DNA of 64,000 nucleotides from Podarcis melisellensis. Taxonomy: Eukaryota. The translations under genes were made by a program, and so were the position numbers. Under the pieces are notes generated by a model. It was not told the origin of the DNA and ran no database searches. It worked only from the letters and a program-made list of their open reading frames with translations. The DNA lies in the NCBI GenBank assembly GCA_964234715.1, contig OZ174284.1. The stretch is one strand, 5' to 3'. Of the stretch, positions 28,401 to 40,568 are shown piece after piece; position 1 is the stretch's first letter; every line of letters begins with the position of its first letter.

Positions 28401-31400
28401 GGATCTTTGACAGCTCTTCGCTGAGAAGATCAGTAATGGCAGGCTGGTTTCTCTGAAAGGTAACTTGCTCACCACTACCAATTTCCCCCTACGATGCACA
28501 GCCGGAAAGGAGCTCTAGGGTCCAACCCAACCCAATGGGCATTTTTACCATGTTGTCAGAATCACCTGCCTATTTGTATGACTGATGCTCACAGAGACAA
28601 AGGATGGATGAATCATAGCAAGAACTCACACATGAATTAGAACTAGGCTTAAGAGAGAGAGAGTGAGAGCAGAGCAAGGAGAGCCATACAACAGGCTAGA
28701 AATAATAATGAAATCACAGATGAAGAGAGAACTGGAGGAAAGCATCAAAACAAGAAGCTCTGCATTAATTATGGAGGGGATGGGAGAGAAAAGAGCGAGA
28801 GCCAGAGAAGCCAGGCATACAAAAGATGATGTGGTTATGAGCGCAAGGATTTTCCTCCTGGCTCTACAACCCTCTGGCTGAAAATATTAGGTGCGCATAA
28901 ACTGCTCCAGCTCTAAAACCTTGCAGCGGTTTTCTGTTCCACTTCAAGGATCCTGGTGGCTGCATTGGCAGACTATTCCTGTGCTGAGAGAGAACTGCCA
29001 TCGCAGCCCCAGGCTGACTCTTGCCTCTCTGCTCCCCCATTGCACTTGCATTTCAGTTTGGTTCTTATGGTTCACAGGAAGCAGAAAATAACTTGGGCCT
29101 TGCTATGAGAGTCAGGAGTTCGACAGAGTCCTTCAGAGCCCCCAGAAAGCGCATGGCGCACTGGTTTCAATGGTGCTTTAATTTGTTGTATTTGAAAGTG
29201 ACTCTGGATTTATATCTGTTTTGATTGGAAAAAGCTCATCAGCAATTAGGAGGTAATTCTGCGACCCAACATACCACCACCCTGCACTTAAAATATCTGG
29301 AAAGCTGCCATTCTCATTTCTGGTTTTGTCCAAGAGCTCTCACACAAAATATGAAATTTCTAACTGGGGCGGGGGCAGGGGATGAAATAGGGGGAGGGAG
29401 TGATTGCAAAACCTCTCAAACTACTTTTATTCATTACAGAAACAAGCCCAAAACTAACATGTAACTCCCCTGTAGGTCATTTTGCCTTTCTCTGCAGGAA
29501 TTATTTGTGTACTCTTGCTTACATGAACATGACCAATCAATGATCGTTTTGTGGGTTAATCTTGGCTCACTGGTGACCTTACTAGTGACAGGTGCAAACT
29601 ACTGAGCCTAAGACAGTCTTGCTAACTAGTGTAGTGCAGCGTGAACTAACATTTTACAGTTATTCTGCAGGGACAGATCCTGATCTACGTGGGCGTCATT
29701 TAAATCAATTTGTTCTGTACAGATATCGATCCTTGTCCTTGAGCACGGAAGAAGTTACACTGCAGGTCAAGTGGCTTATCTGAAGGCAGGTCAGCCAGGA
29801 CATGAACCAATTTGCCGTCCGTTGGACATATACAGAACTGGTCAGATAAATGATAAAATAGGAAACAATGAAATAAATAGGGATGTATGGAGCAGTTTTA
29901 CACTTGAGACCCTTGGACTGATAACAGCCATCTCAGATGCTTGGGACTGAACCTAGGACCTTCTGCATGCCAAAGCTGTGTCCTATCATGGATAATTTTG
30001 CAGTCAGGAAAGGGCTTTGGGGCAGAGATCTAGGGCCTCATTCAACAGAATGAGCAGCTGATCGCTTCCCAAATACAGCAGGGCTGGCTTACCCTATTTT
30101 GAACCATTAGCATCTAAATGGAAGGAAAGGACAGGACCATAAAACCAGTTAAATCTATAAATTACCTATCTGCCCCATTCACCACTGAACTAGGGGTCCA
30201 CCCCAACCCGATTGGGTGAAACAGGAAGAAAAACCAATAATAAAAACTGGAAGGGGGGAAATCAAGATGATGGAAAAGAGGTAGAGGCATTTCCCACTGT
30301 GGTGGCTTATCAGTAAGTTTATGAAATAAGAGGTCTCTGTGCAGCCCAGTCCTAGGCGCCATCACTAAGCCCCTCTGTGGACAATGAAACATAGCAAGCA
30401 TAGCAAGGGTACACAGGACTGCAGCCTCTTCACAAAGAACCATGGTATAAACACACCATCCACATGGAAACCCCTGCGGTTCTGATCCGCTGGAGAGCTC
30501 ACCAGAAACACCAATATCAGAGAGCACAGCTTTCTTGCGGTCCTTGACGCTGCTGATCTGTGGGAAGTAGACATCGAGCGCCAGGTAAAGAAGGCAGCTG
30601 AGGAAGGCAAGGACTCCCACGGTGATGCCATAGTTGCAGGCGTTCTGGTTGCGATTGAAGATGCAGTACTCTTCCTTTTCATCCGGCCGGTTGACGTAGC
30701 CTTCGTTCACAATGCCGCCAAACACAACGATGGAGAAGAGCTGGGTGCGGGGAGGCGAGAGAGGGGTTTAGAAGATTTCACTCTACATGCTGGGGATACA
30801 AACCCAACTCATTTAAATGGAAGATTTATTCAAAATCATTTCTAAAGCCTTTAATATTTTCCCCCAGTCTCTACACCAGGCATAGGCAAACTCAGCCCTC
30901 CAGATGATTTGGGACTACAATTCCCATCATCCCTGACCACTGGACCTGTTAGCTAGGGATGATGGGAGTTGTAGTCCCAAAACATCTGGAGGGCAGAGTT
31001 TCCCTGTGCCTGCTCTACACAGTACACAGTATTAAAAGACAGCCAAGACAAAAATGCAACCTAAAATGAATAAAATAGCTTATAGAACAGGAATTGGGAA
31101 GGTTCAAACACATAAGACAGGGTCTGATCTTATGGTGGAGGGAAAGCTTGGGCAAAGTTAAGCCAAACTAAGACCTAACTATGCTGCAGTGTGTGGCTAG
31201 ATTGTACCCCGGGTGTTTTAATGCACTATTTTAGAAGCTCCCTAGATCTGAACAGCCCCTCCTTGCTTTCAGCCATTGCTGGTAGCTAATCCAGCTGGAA
31301 GATGCCTGAGAACGGAAGCAGTGTTATTTCTAAGTCACCCAGAACTAGTAATTCGCCACTACGATTCAAGCACCCACTCAGTCTTCCACCTGCCATCTCT

Positions 31401-34400
31401 GCCATCTATTTTCCCATCTGTTAGCTCAGTATTCCTGCCACCGCCTACTTTCCTTTGCTTAGCTGAATATTACGACTACTACTGCTACAGTTCTCCAATC
31501 CCCATTCATTTATTTAATGCTAAAACACACAGCAACTATTGCTATGTGGTTTTTTGTTTTTTTAAGTCTGCCTAGCACTGGAAAGGCATCAGCCTCAGCA
31601 CCAGAAGAGTCTCTGTGGGGACAGTTACTAAGTTAGGGTGGTGCCATTGAAAAAGCTTCCACATAGGCCTCCAATGGCCTGATATTTGATGGGGTGGGGG
31701 AAGAGGGTCCATTTGAGGAATGTCTTAATAACAGGACGGGCTTGTTTGGGAGCCAGTGGTAACTTAAGGTAATCTGCTCCCAAGCTATTTAAAGATTTTT
31801 ATAAAGATTAAGACCCAGAGTAGTAATTGTAAAACTGGGGAGGTCTTCTACCTCCCCATCTGCAGTCACTCAGCAATCCCAGTATACAGACAACCTGACT
31901 GTACCTCTGGAAAACGTTCAGATATAGTTTTGCAAGCATCGTAATCATGGAGTAGTCAACAAGATCATCTATGTGTAAACATTTTCCTCTGAAACATTGG
32001 CTCCCCAAAATCACACACCAATGCAATGCGTTTGCACTTTCCCAACTCCCCCAACCCCATGGACCACTTGGAAATTGCTGATTGTTTTGGTAGACTGCTT
32101 AATGTGTTTGTTTTTTTTCTGCCTTCCAATATGCTGTGCTAGATGCTGTAACTGTATTGTTATTGCTTGTTTTGTTTCTTATATTGTATACAATTAGAAC
32201 TCCATAGAATTCCATATCAATCTGCTGTCCAGGGGAGGGGAAACATTTGGTGTTCCACTGATGATCTAGAGCAAGGGGTTCTGTAATTGCAACTTCTCAG
32301 TGGCATCTCTGAAACTCTGAAATAAGTTCCCCACGGAGGTGAACCTTGCTGCATCGCTGCTTTCATTTAGGAAACAGGTAAACACACACTTCCTCCGCCA
32401 GGAATTACTGTAATTCGTTCCGGAGGTCCGTTCTTAACCTTAAACTGTTCTTAACTAGAGGTGTGCTTTCGATAATGGGGCCTCTTGCTGCTGCTGCTGC
32501 GCCACCAGCACACGATTTCCGTTCTCATCCTGGGGCAAAGTTCTCAACCCGAGGTAACTCTTCCAGGTTAGCGGAGTTTGTAACCTGAAGCATTTGTAAC
32601 CTGAGGCGTTTGTAACTCGAGGTACCACTGTATTCTCCTTGCATTGCCACCTCCAGAAATCAAGGCCTGCAAACGTGCGATTTCCCCCCTTCTGGCCCCA
32701 GTACTGCACAGTAAACTGAGCAGTTAGCGTAGATGAACCTTCTGAGTGCCATGTGACGCCTGCAGCATGATACCCGTTTGGAGCAGGCTATTAAGCCCTC
32801 CTGAGTATCATGTGATGCCTCTGCAACTCAGCCCATTCATGTTCCTTGAGCACCATGGGAAGAACTCTTGTCATTCTCCCTCGCCATCCTACGATGCCCA
32901 TCTTGTTTTTCAGTTAGGCTCTGCATGCCTCTTTGCTCCCAGCCCTTAACTCACCATGATTCCCCGTCAGTCACGAGGCTGCCACAATATCTCCCTTGCT
33001 GAAATTTTATAAATTGAGTTATGAAAAGGAAATTGTTCTGTTACATAATATTCCTCGCTGGATTTATAATCAAATCTACCCCGGATGGAACAAAGCAAAA
33101 GCTTTTCTTGCATTTGCAGGACCACTTGCCAAATATAGAGAGAGTTCCAAGTTCACAGCAAGAAAAATGAGGAAGCTGCTGGCTACAGATTATCCAACTC
33201 CCATTTCATTTCTATTCAGCCATTCACAGCTGCAAGCTTTGGGTACCTCCAGAGAGCCAGGAACGAGATTATTTCTTCCTTTGCGTATTCTTATTTCTTA
33301 CTTCATTTAGAAAAGTAACATTATTTCTAGCCTAATCCCTCAGGCTGGGATAACAGCCATTTTATAAATATAAAGTAATATACTCAATCAAACATATCGA
33401 TTTAACATTTAATGGTTAACACATCCTTATAGCGTTTCCCCACCACTGAAAACAAAATGTTAAAAAAGCTATAAATCACTTCTGGGTGATACCCATGCTC
33501 AGAATTTAGCAGATCTCTTGGAAAACAAGTTTCAGACTCAAAGAGCGGCTATTAAGCAAGTAATGTTTTAAGGGTGATGAAAGTGTTTGGTAGCAGTTCT
33601 GCTGTTCTATAAGCAGACACACTTTTATTAGAAGCAAGGGTATTGTTGGGTACTTAGAAGCACTTTGGGCAAAGGCCTTGAATTTCCATAACATTTCCAT
33701 AAGCCAATTTAGATGTATAGATGCCTCTGGGAAATTGAGATGGTGGGCAGTTTAGGGTCTCATTAGCATGGTGTCCAGCCACCCTAAAAGCAAAGTAAAA
33801 ATTATTTTTATAAAAGAGAGAGGAGAAGAAGGAATAGGAAATATGGGGGCCACCACAGAAGATCTGGGATCTGGGCCACTCCCTAACAGCATATACAGTC
33901 GTACCTTGGTTTTCGAACAGCTTAGTTCCCGAACGTTTTGGCTGCTGAACGTTGCAAACATGGAAGTGACTGTTCCGGTTTGCAAACTATTTTGGGAAGC
34001 CAAACATCTAACGGGGCTTCCAATTGGCTGCAGGAGTTTCCTGCAGTCAATCAGAATCCATGCTTTGGTTTTTGAACGTTTTGGAAGTCAAATGGACTTC
34101 TGGAACGGATTCTGTTTGACTTCCAAGGTACGACTGTAGTACCAAAAAGACCTCAAAGGCATATACACAAAAAATATGCTAAAAAAAGAAGAAGCTTTCA
34201 TTGTTATCATAAAAATGCTGCTGGATTAACTGTTTTAAGAAATGATGTTATCCATTATGCACACAGAATCAGTCGGAGTGCCCCAGCAAAGCTTCACACA
34301 CGCTTCCCTGATAATACGTCTGAGCCATCACCTGGAATAACCTGTGAGAGAGAGGAAGCGAGGTCAGATTCCAGCCCCAATCCTGCTTTTCAGATTTCTT

Positions 34401-37400
34401 AAGTTACTCCATGCTGTTAAGTACACATTTCTTAGAACAGAAAGAGAGCAGAACCAACCCAAGCTATGCTTTTCAGAAACGTCTATGCTGCATCCATCCA
34501 AAATTGTGCCATATGGACTTTGAAGATAAGAGGATTCCGTATTACACCCCCAGAGACATGCTTGGTGGCAGAACTGAGCACGAGCGCCAAGAAACTCAAA
34601 CAGCAGGAGCATGCTAGCCAGTTCACCACACGTTACAGCCACTACTGGAAATGCTGAGGTTACCCAAAGCAAGCAGGTAACTTGGGAGTGGCATACACTG
34701 GAGTACATGCATCGGGGCAGCTTTGAGCCAGACACACGTACAACAGCCTTCCGAGTTATGCGACTGCTGCAACAAATGCCAGTGTGGAGCCAATGGTGCC
34801 ATAAGGGCAGGACTTCAGGGCAAAAGTCTGGGGTTCCACTCAGCAGAATGTGCAGAAGGAGCCCCAAAGACAGCTGGGCTACCTTGCAACATTTGGAAGG
34901 AAATGAAGCAACACACATTGGCACTGACTGAAAACTGTCCCCTCCGCTGGTGAAACCATGAAGTCCAGAGTCAAAAATTACTTGGCTTGCCCCACTATGT
35001 GGAACCACCATAGTTCACACATGGAGCTGCCAGGAAAAGGCAGGGTTAACGCAAATTCCATTTCTCAATCTGAACCGTTGCTCTTCAAAGCAATTAGTTG
35101 TTTCGGATATATTTAAATACCTCCTTAGTACGCCCCTCAAACAGGCAAACAGTAAAAACATTTCATGGCCCACAGAGAGCAAGCGACTGAACTGCAGCAA
35201 ACTGATAAGGATGTGAACTGCGGCCTACTCTCCTTCCACTGTTTGTTCCTTGCCTTTGAATGGTATTTACAAGCTGCTGCATCTGGCCCCTATCCGCTGC
35301 CCACTCCCCCAGCTTAACTGCTGATCCCATAGCATTAGCTGGTTTACCACCCGCTGGAAGAGATCAGCACCAATGAAGGAAGCACACAGAGCCATTTCTG
35401 TTCCCTTGGAGACTCATCTGGAACCATGACTGGATCCTACTGCGGCCTAGTCTAAGGCTACATTTACAAAAGCATCTGCTTTACTGTGACCCACCCCTTG
35501 CCAACCTGAGACCTTCCAGATATTTTAGGCAATTCCCAACAGCTCTAGCTGGGACAGGTGTGCCGGCAGGGGCTGGTGGGTTTTGCAGCTCAAAACATCT
35601 GCAGAGCACCAGGCTGGGAAAGGCTGCGTTTAAGCAATCTTTATCACACCTAGCCAGAGAGAAGAAGAAAAAACAAGGAGGGAGCATGTAAGGTGGTCCG
35701 ATCCCAAGTCTGCTCTTGTACCTTTAAGAGCTGCTCAGAAGAATAATTTATACCAGGCAGGTCTTCTCCTATCATTGCAGCTCTACGATGGAAAAAGGCA
35801 CAGCGGGGGAACTGTTCTTTCCATGCAAATCTGGAAGAGACAAGAGCCCTGTGGACCTGTCAGCCTTGGGGAACAATAATAATATCCCTCTCTGCAGAAG
35901 AGATCTCGATTGTGAGTTGCAGGGAGGGAGCAGAGCTCAGTGGCAGAACACATGATTTGCACACAGAAGGTCCCAGGATCACCTCCTAGCTTCTCTGGTT
36001 TGAACGACCAGGAATCAGGCAACTGAGAAGACCCCTGCCTGAGCCTCCGGAGAGCTACTGCCTGGCTTCCTTCCTTCAGCACAGCTAACATCCTGACAGA
36101 CTGAACTGTACAGCCCAACCCAGTGGGCTAGATGACGTGTGAGGAACCTTTGGTCCTCCACCTGTTGCTGAACTACAACTCCCATTATCCCAGGTCACTG
36201 GCCATGCTTGCTGGGGCTGATGGGAGTTGTGGTTCAAGATTTGGAAGGTCAAATGTTCCCCAGATATACAACAGACTGGCCCAGTGCAAGGGAGATGTTA
36301 ATGTCCCACAATTCTCAGCATCCCTGACCATTGGCCACACTGGTTGGCATTGATGGGAGCTTTAGACCAACACATCTGGAGGGGTCTGATCTGATGGCTC
36401 TACTGCTGCTGTTCATAAAACTCAGGGAAGAGTCACACAAGTTGCCTCTATACCCCAGGATAGCTCCAGCCGGTGGGATGCAGGAAAGGCATATAATATT
36501 TCTCAAAAGCACTGCAATGTTTTCGTTAATTGGCTGACTTTTGTGAATGGACAACAGCACAAGACATACAGCTGGCAGAACGCTTTGCAGGAAAAATAAG
36601 ACTGCAGGTACCTTCCACTGTTGCTATGGATGCTAATGACCCATACACCTGCCTTGGGCAGTCCTCAAGGATAGTCATTACCTGGAGACTTGTCTGCCTG
36701 ATTTGACTAAAGCAAGAGTCTCTCTCAATCCCCCTTCTTTTGTGTTGATAATTCCAAAGTCAACGTTACTCATGGATCAGAGTTTGCTTTGCTGCTCTCT
36801 CCTTTTTAAATCAGAGAACCATCAGCTCTTATTGCATCTGATGGCAGCCTGGAAGCTAATCTGTATTTCTGGTACAATGCTAAATGGTGTACAAGGTTCA
36901 GACACTAAGAGAGCTCTTGCACCTTAAAATTTTCATTTGGGGTCGGTGGCGTAGTGTGGGGGGTGCAGGGGGGCCGGCCGCACCGGGCGCAACATCTGGG
37001 GGTTAGGGTTAGGGGGCGCAAATCCATGGGTTAGGGGGTTGCAAATTACTTGCCTTCCCCCGGGTGCTGACAACCCACGCTACACCACTGTTTGGCGTAG
37101 GTCTAGGATCTCAGCAGATGTGGCTTCTCCTGTCTCTGCAGCATTGCAAAAAGCAGAGCCTAAAGAGCTCCAACAGTGTACCTGCAACTCAGGATAACAC
37201 TTCCTGCATCTGATGGAAATATACTTCAAGTCCATGAATCCTTACACCTTGACAAATTTGTTGGCCTTTAAGGTATCACAAGATGACTTGTCATTTCTGC
37301 CTTGTATGTAACCAAAGCCCTGGAGGAATCCTGAGCTCTGGACCCAATAACTGTATGCTGGAGAGATTTTGATGCCATTACGAGGGAACAATGACTTCTT

Positions 37401-40400
37401 TGCTATTTATTTTTTCAAACAAAGTAAGAACTATCCTAGTGGGAATATGAAGCGGTATTTGTCAAATACAATGATCCTGAGTTTTGAATGTTCAAGCTTT
37501 CACTGGGGAATATTTTAGAACTCTCAATTTGTTGTTTTTATTCCACCTTTCCTGCAAGAAATTCAGGATGGCAAAAACAGTTTGATTCCCTTCCCATTTT
37601 ATCCTGACGCTATCCCCATGAGGTTGGTTGAGATAAAACCTGGTCCAAAGCTTTAGTGGCAGAGCGGAGACTCTGAATCTGGGTCTTCCACTCCTCCTCT
37701 TGGACTCTAACCATTGCACCACAGTGGCTCCCTTGCTCCAAAAGGGTGCTCCACTGCCACCCACGCCCCAATGCTCTGAAAACATTTCAGTGCAGCAGCC
37801 TTCCCCAATGTGGTGCCTTCAAGATGTTGCCAGACTACAAGTCCCATCATCCTTGACCACTGGCAATGCTGACTGGGGGTGAGAGAAGATGTAGTCCAAC
37901 AACATATGAAGGACAGCAGGTTGGAGAAGATGCCCTGGATTGTTGCTTAAAACTCACTGGGATCATTGCTTTGCTTAACAATGCGTGCTGAACCCATCAG
38001 AGTCACTGGGTTGTACACAAAGCTCTACAACCCTCCAGAGCAGATTTGGGTGGGTGGGAGCTACAGAGAGGAAAGTCCTGTTCCACCAACAGAAGTATCT
38101 TGCACTAGCAGAAGAGACTATTGCACACCACTTATTCTCTTTACTTTTGGACTCATGGTGCCTCCCTCTTCCATGTGACGTCATTCGAAGACATACTTTG
38201 AATCTTTGAATTTTCCTTCACATAAAGGGGAAGTTCATGAGGGCGATATGAAGGCTTATGTTGCTTGGAATGTCCGACGATGTTTCTGTTACTAACAGGG
38301 CAATCGTTTCCATGTCTACTCAGAAGTAAATCCATCATGATGCATTACTGTATTTTAATATTTTGTTGGAAGCTGCCCAGAGTGGCTGGAGAGGCCCAGC
38401 CAGATGGGCGGAGTATAAATAATAAATTATTATTAATTATTATTATTATTTATTGTTGTTGTTGTTGTCAAGTGCAATTGGACTTAGAAAAAGGTTTGTT
38501 GCATGCCACCCCAACCTCTGAGTGGCGCAAGATGCCGGGGGTTCCAGGCGCCTACTCAGGGAGACTGCGGTATCATTAGGTTATATGGTTCATTTGCACA
38601 ACCTACGATGGAAGCCTTCGTAGCATTAACACCACAAGAGGGTAAAGCTTCTCACATAGCCACAGCCTTGGAAATCAGCCATGTCTTCTCTCTCTCTGCT
38701 GTTCCAGCTTCTAGCTCCCACAACTCAACTCTCCATTCTGGCCTTTTGTCTTTCTAACTAACTGAGAGGCCCACCCATTTGTCCTCTAGCACAGAGCCAC
38801 TCCCTTTGTTCCCTTAATGACCATTACTATGCTGGCTTGGCTACTCCAGCAATTGTGCTGGATCCAAGAATTAGAAGAGGGACTCAGGCATACCCCCCCC
38901 CAAAAAAAACCCTCATAACAGGTGCATAGGATTGCAACCAAGAGGTTTGGTTTGAATGCAACAGTCTCACAACGTTAATAAATATTCTGTGTCTCTGCAT
39001 ATGTTGCTTGAAATAACGAGGAGTACCTTTTCTGCCACAACTTGCTGCAAGCTCACATTTAATTCACAGTACAGCTGCCACCTCCAATCTTTCTCAGCAT
39101 TTAAGCTTCATGCATGAGCCCTTCTCATTTCGGAGCACTTTCTCTGCCATTTCCCGAAAACAAATACAGCATATCCCCATTTGCCCGATGATTCGTCCCT
39201 CCGTGCTATTTCCCTCTGCGCTGCAATGAAAGTTCAGCTCTGCTCTATTTTATAGACAGCTTGCAAAGGTCTTTTTACATTTAAGTACTTGCAGGTGAAA
39301 AAGGTGGGCTTTAAATATGGCTTGGATTCTATTTTTTGAAAAGCCCTATTCTGCAAGCAGATTAAAAAAAAAAAAAACCTTTAACAGGCAGCAGCTTGTT
39401 AACAATCATTACCATACAATTATTATGATTTTCCAGACAGCCATTTTCCTACTCACATGATGCAGTTCCTGTCAAAGAACTTTTAAATGAATGCCCAGAA
39501 AAAGATCTCCTGAAACAGCACATAATGCTATAATAAAATGTGAATGTGTAACCTATAAAGCTACAGCTTGCTCAGTGCCAGATATATTGATGTACCCAGA
39601 GACAAATTGCAAAATGGAGGGGACAGGAATGATTGCTGTAGATCATGTGACAAATAAGGCTGCCAAATCTTTTCTCTACCAGAGCTCCCATGCCTTTTTT
39701 AACATGTGCAAGGCAGGTGGAGGAACATTTTCCTGATAGTAATGGGGAAAGTGCTATAGGGGAAAGCTTATCAACTCTGCCCTTTGCATCACAGTTCCAG
39801 GCTTCATAATTAAGTTGCACTGAGTGAGGCTTATTCTTAGGTAAGGCTCCATTAACACAAAAAGGCAACAACCCTCTTCTGAAGATTAGGGGCCATGCTG
39901 TGTTTTAATAGAGGTTGGCAACATGACAACCAGAGCTACAAAGGGGCCCAACGAGGCCTTTCCCAGACGGTTGCCACCCCTGTTGAAATTAAGCATGAAG
40001 GATGTATCCTGTTGTAGCCAGTGGAATAAGTGGCAGTATCTGTGGTGCCCATGAGAGTTTCTCTGGTTTGCAAATATGCCCCAAAAGGTTGCCAACTCCC
40101 GCATGATTTGAAGCATAGCTTCCCCTGTTACACGGAGTTGTCTTATGTGCTAGCTTCCTTGAACATATGCCACTTCAAAAGGCACTGCATTCAGAAAACA
40201 AAGACACACCACAAAGCTGTTTGATTATTATTAAAAGGAAGAGTGCAGCTGTTGGTGAACAAAGAGCTCCCCAGGCAAACTGGAAAACCTGAACCACACG
40301 CAACAGGCACACCTCACTACAAGGATCTTGCCAGCCACATTTTTACTTCCACACTCAACACTGCAGAAAAGAGGTTTGGAAGGCAGGCCTGTTTCTTCCT

Positions 40401-40515
40401 ATGACTTCAGCCAATATTATTCTGCTTGTGTATAGCCTTGCATGCAAAAAATGATTTGGAAAGGTAAACAATGAAAACTTGCCCTCCCAGATAGCTTCAA
40501 AGCAAGAGTTGTTTG

Positions 40516-40568
<53 letters not shown>

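Noticed and set aside
35360-35385. REST/RE1 site in the neuronal SYNGR1 gene (tcagcacc half-site)
   Set aside because: Only the left half-site is present; the GGACAG half is missing.
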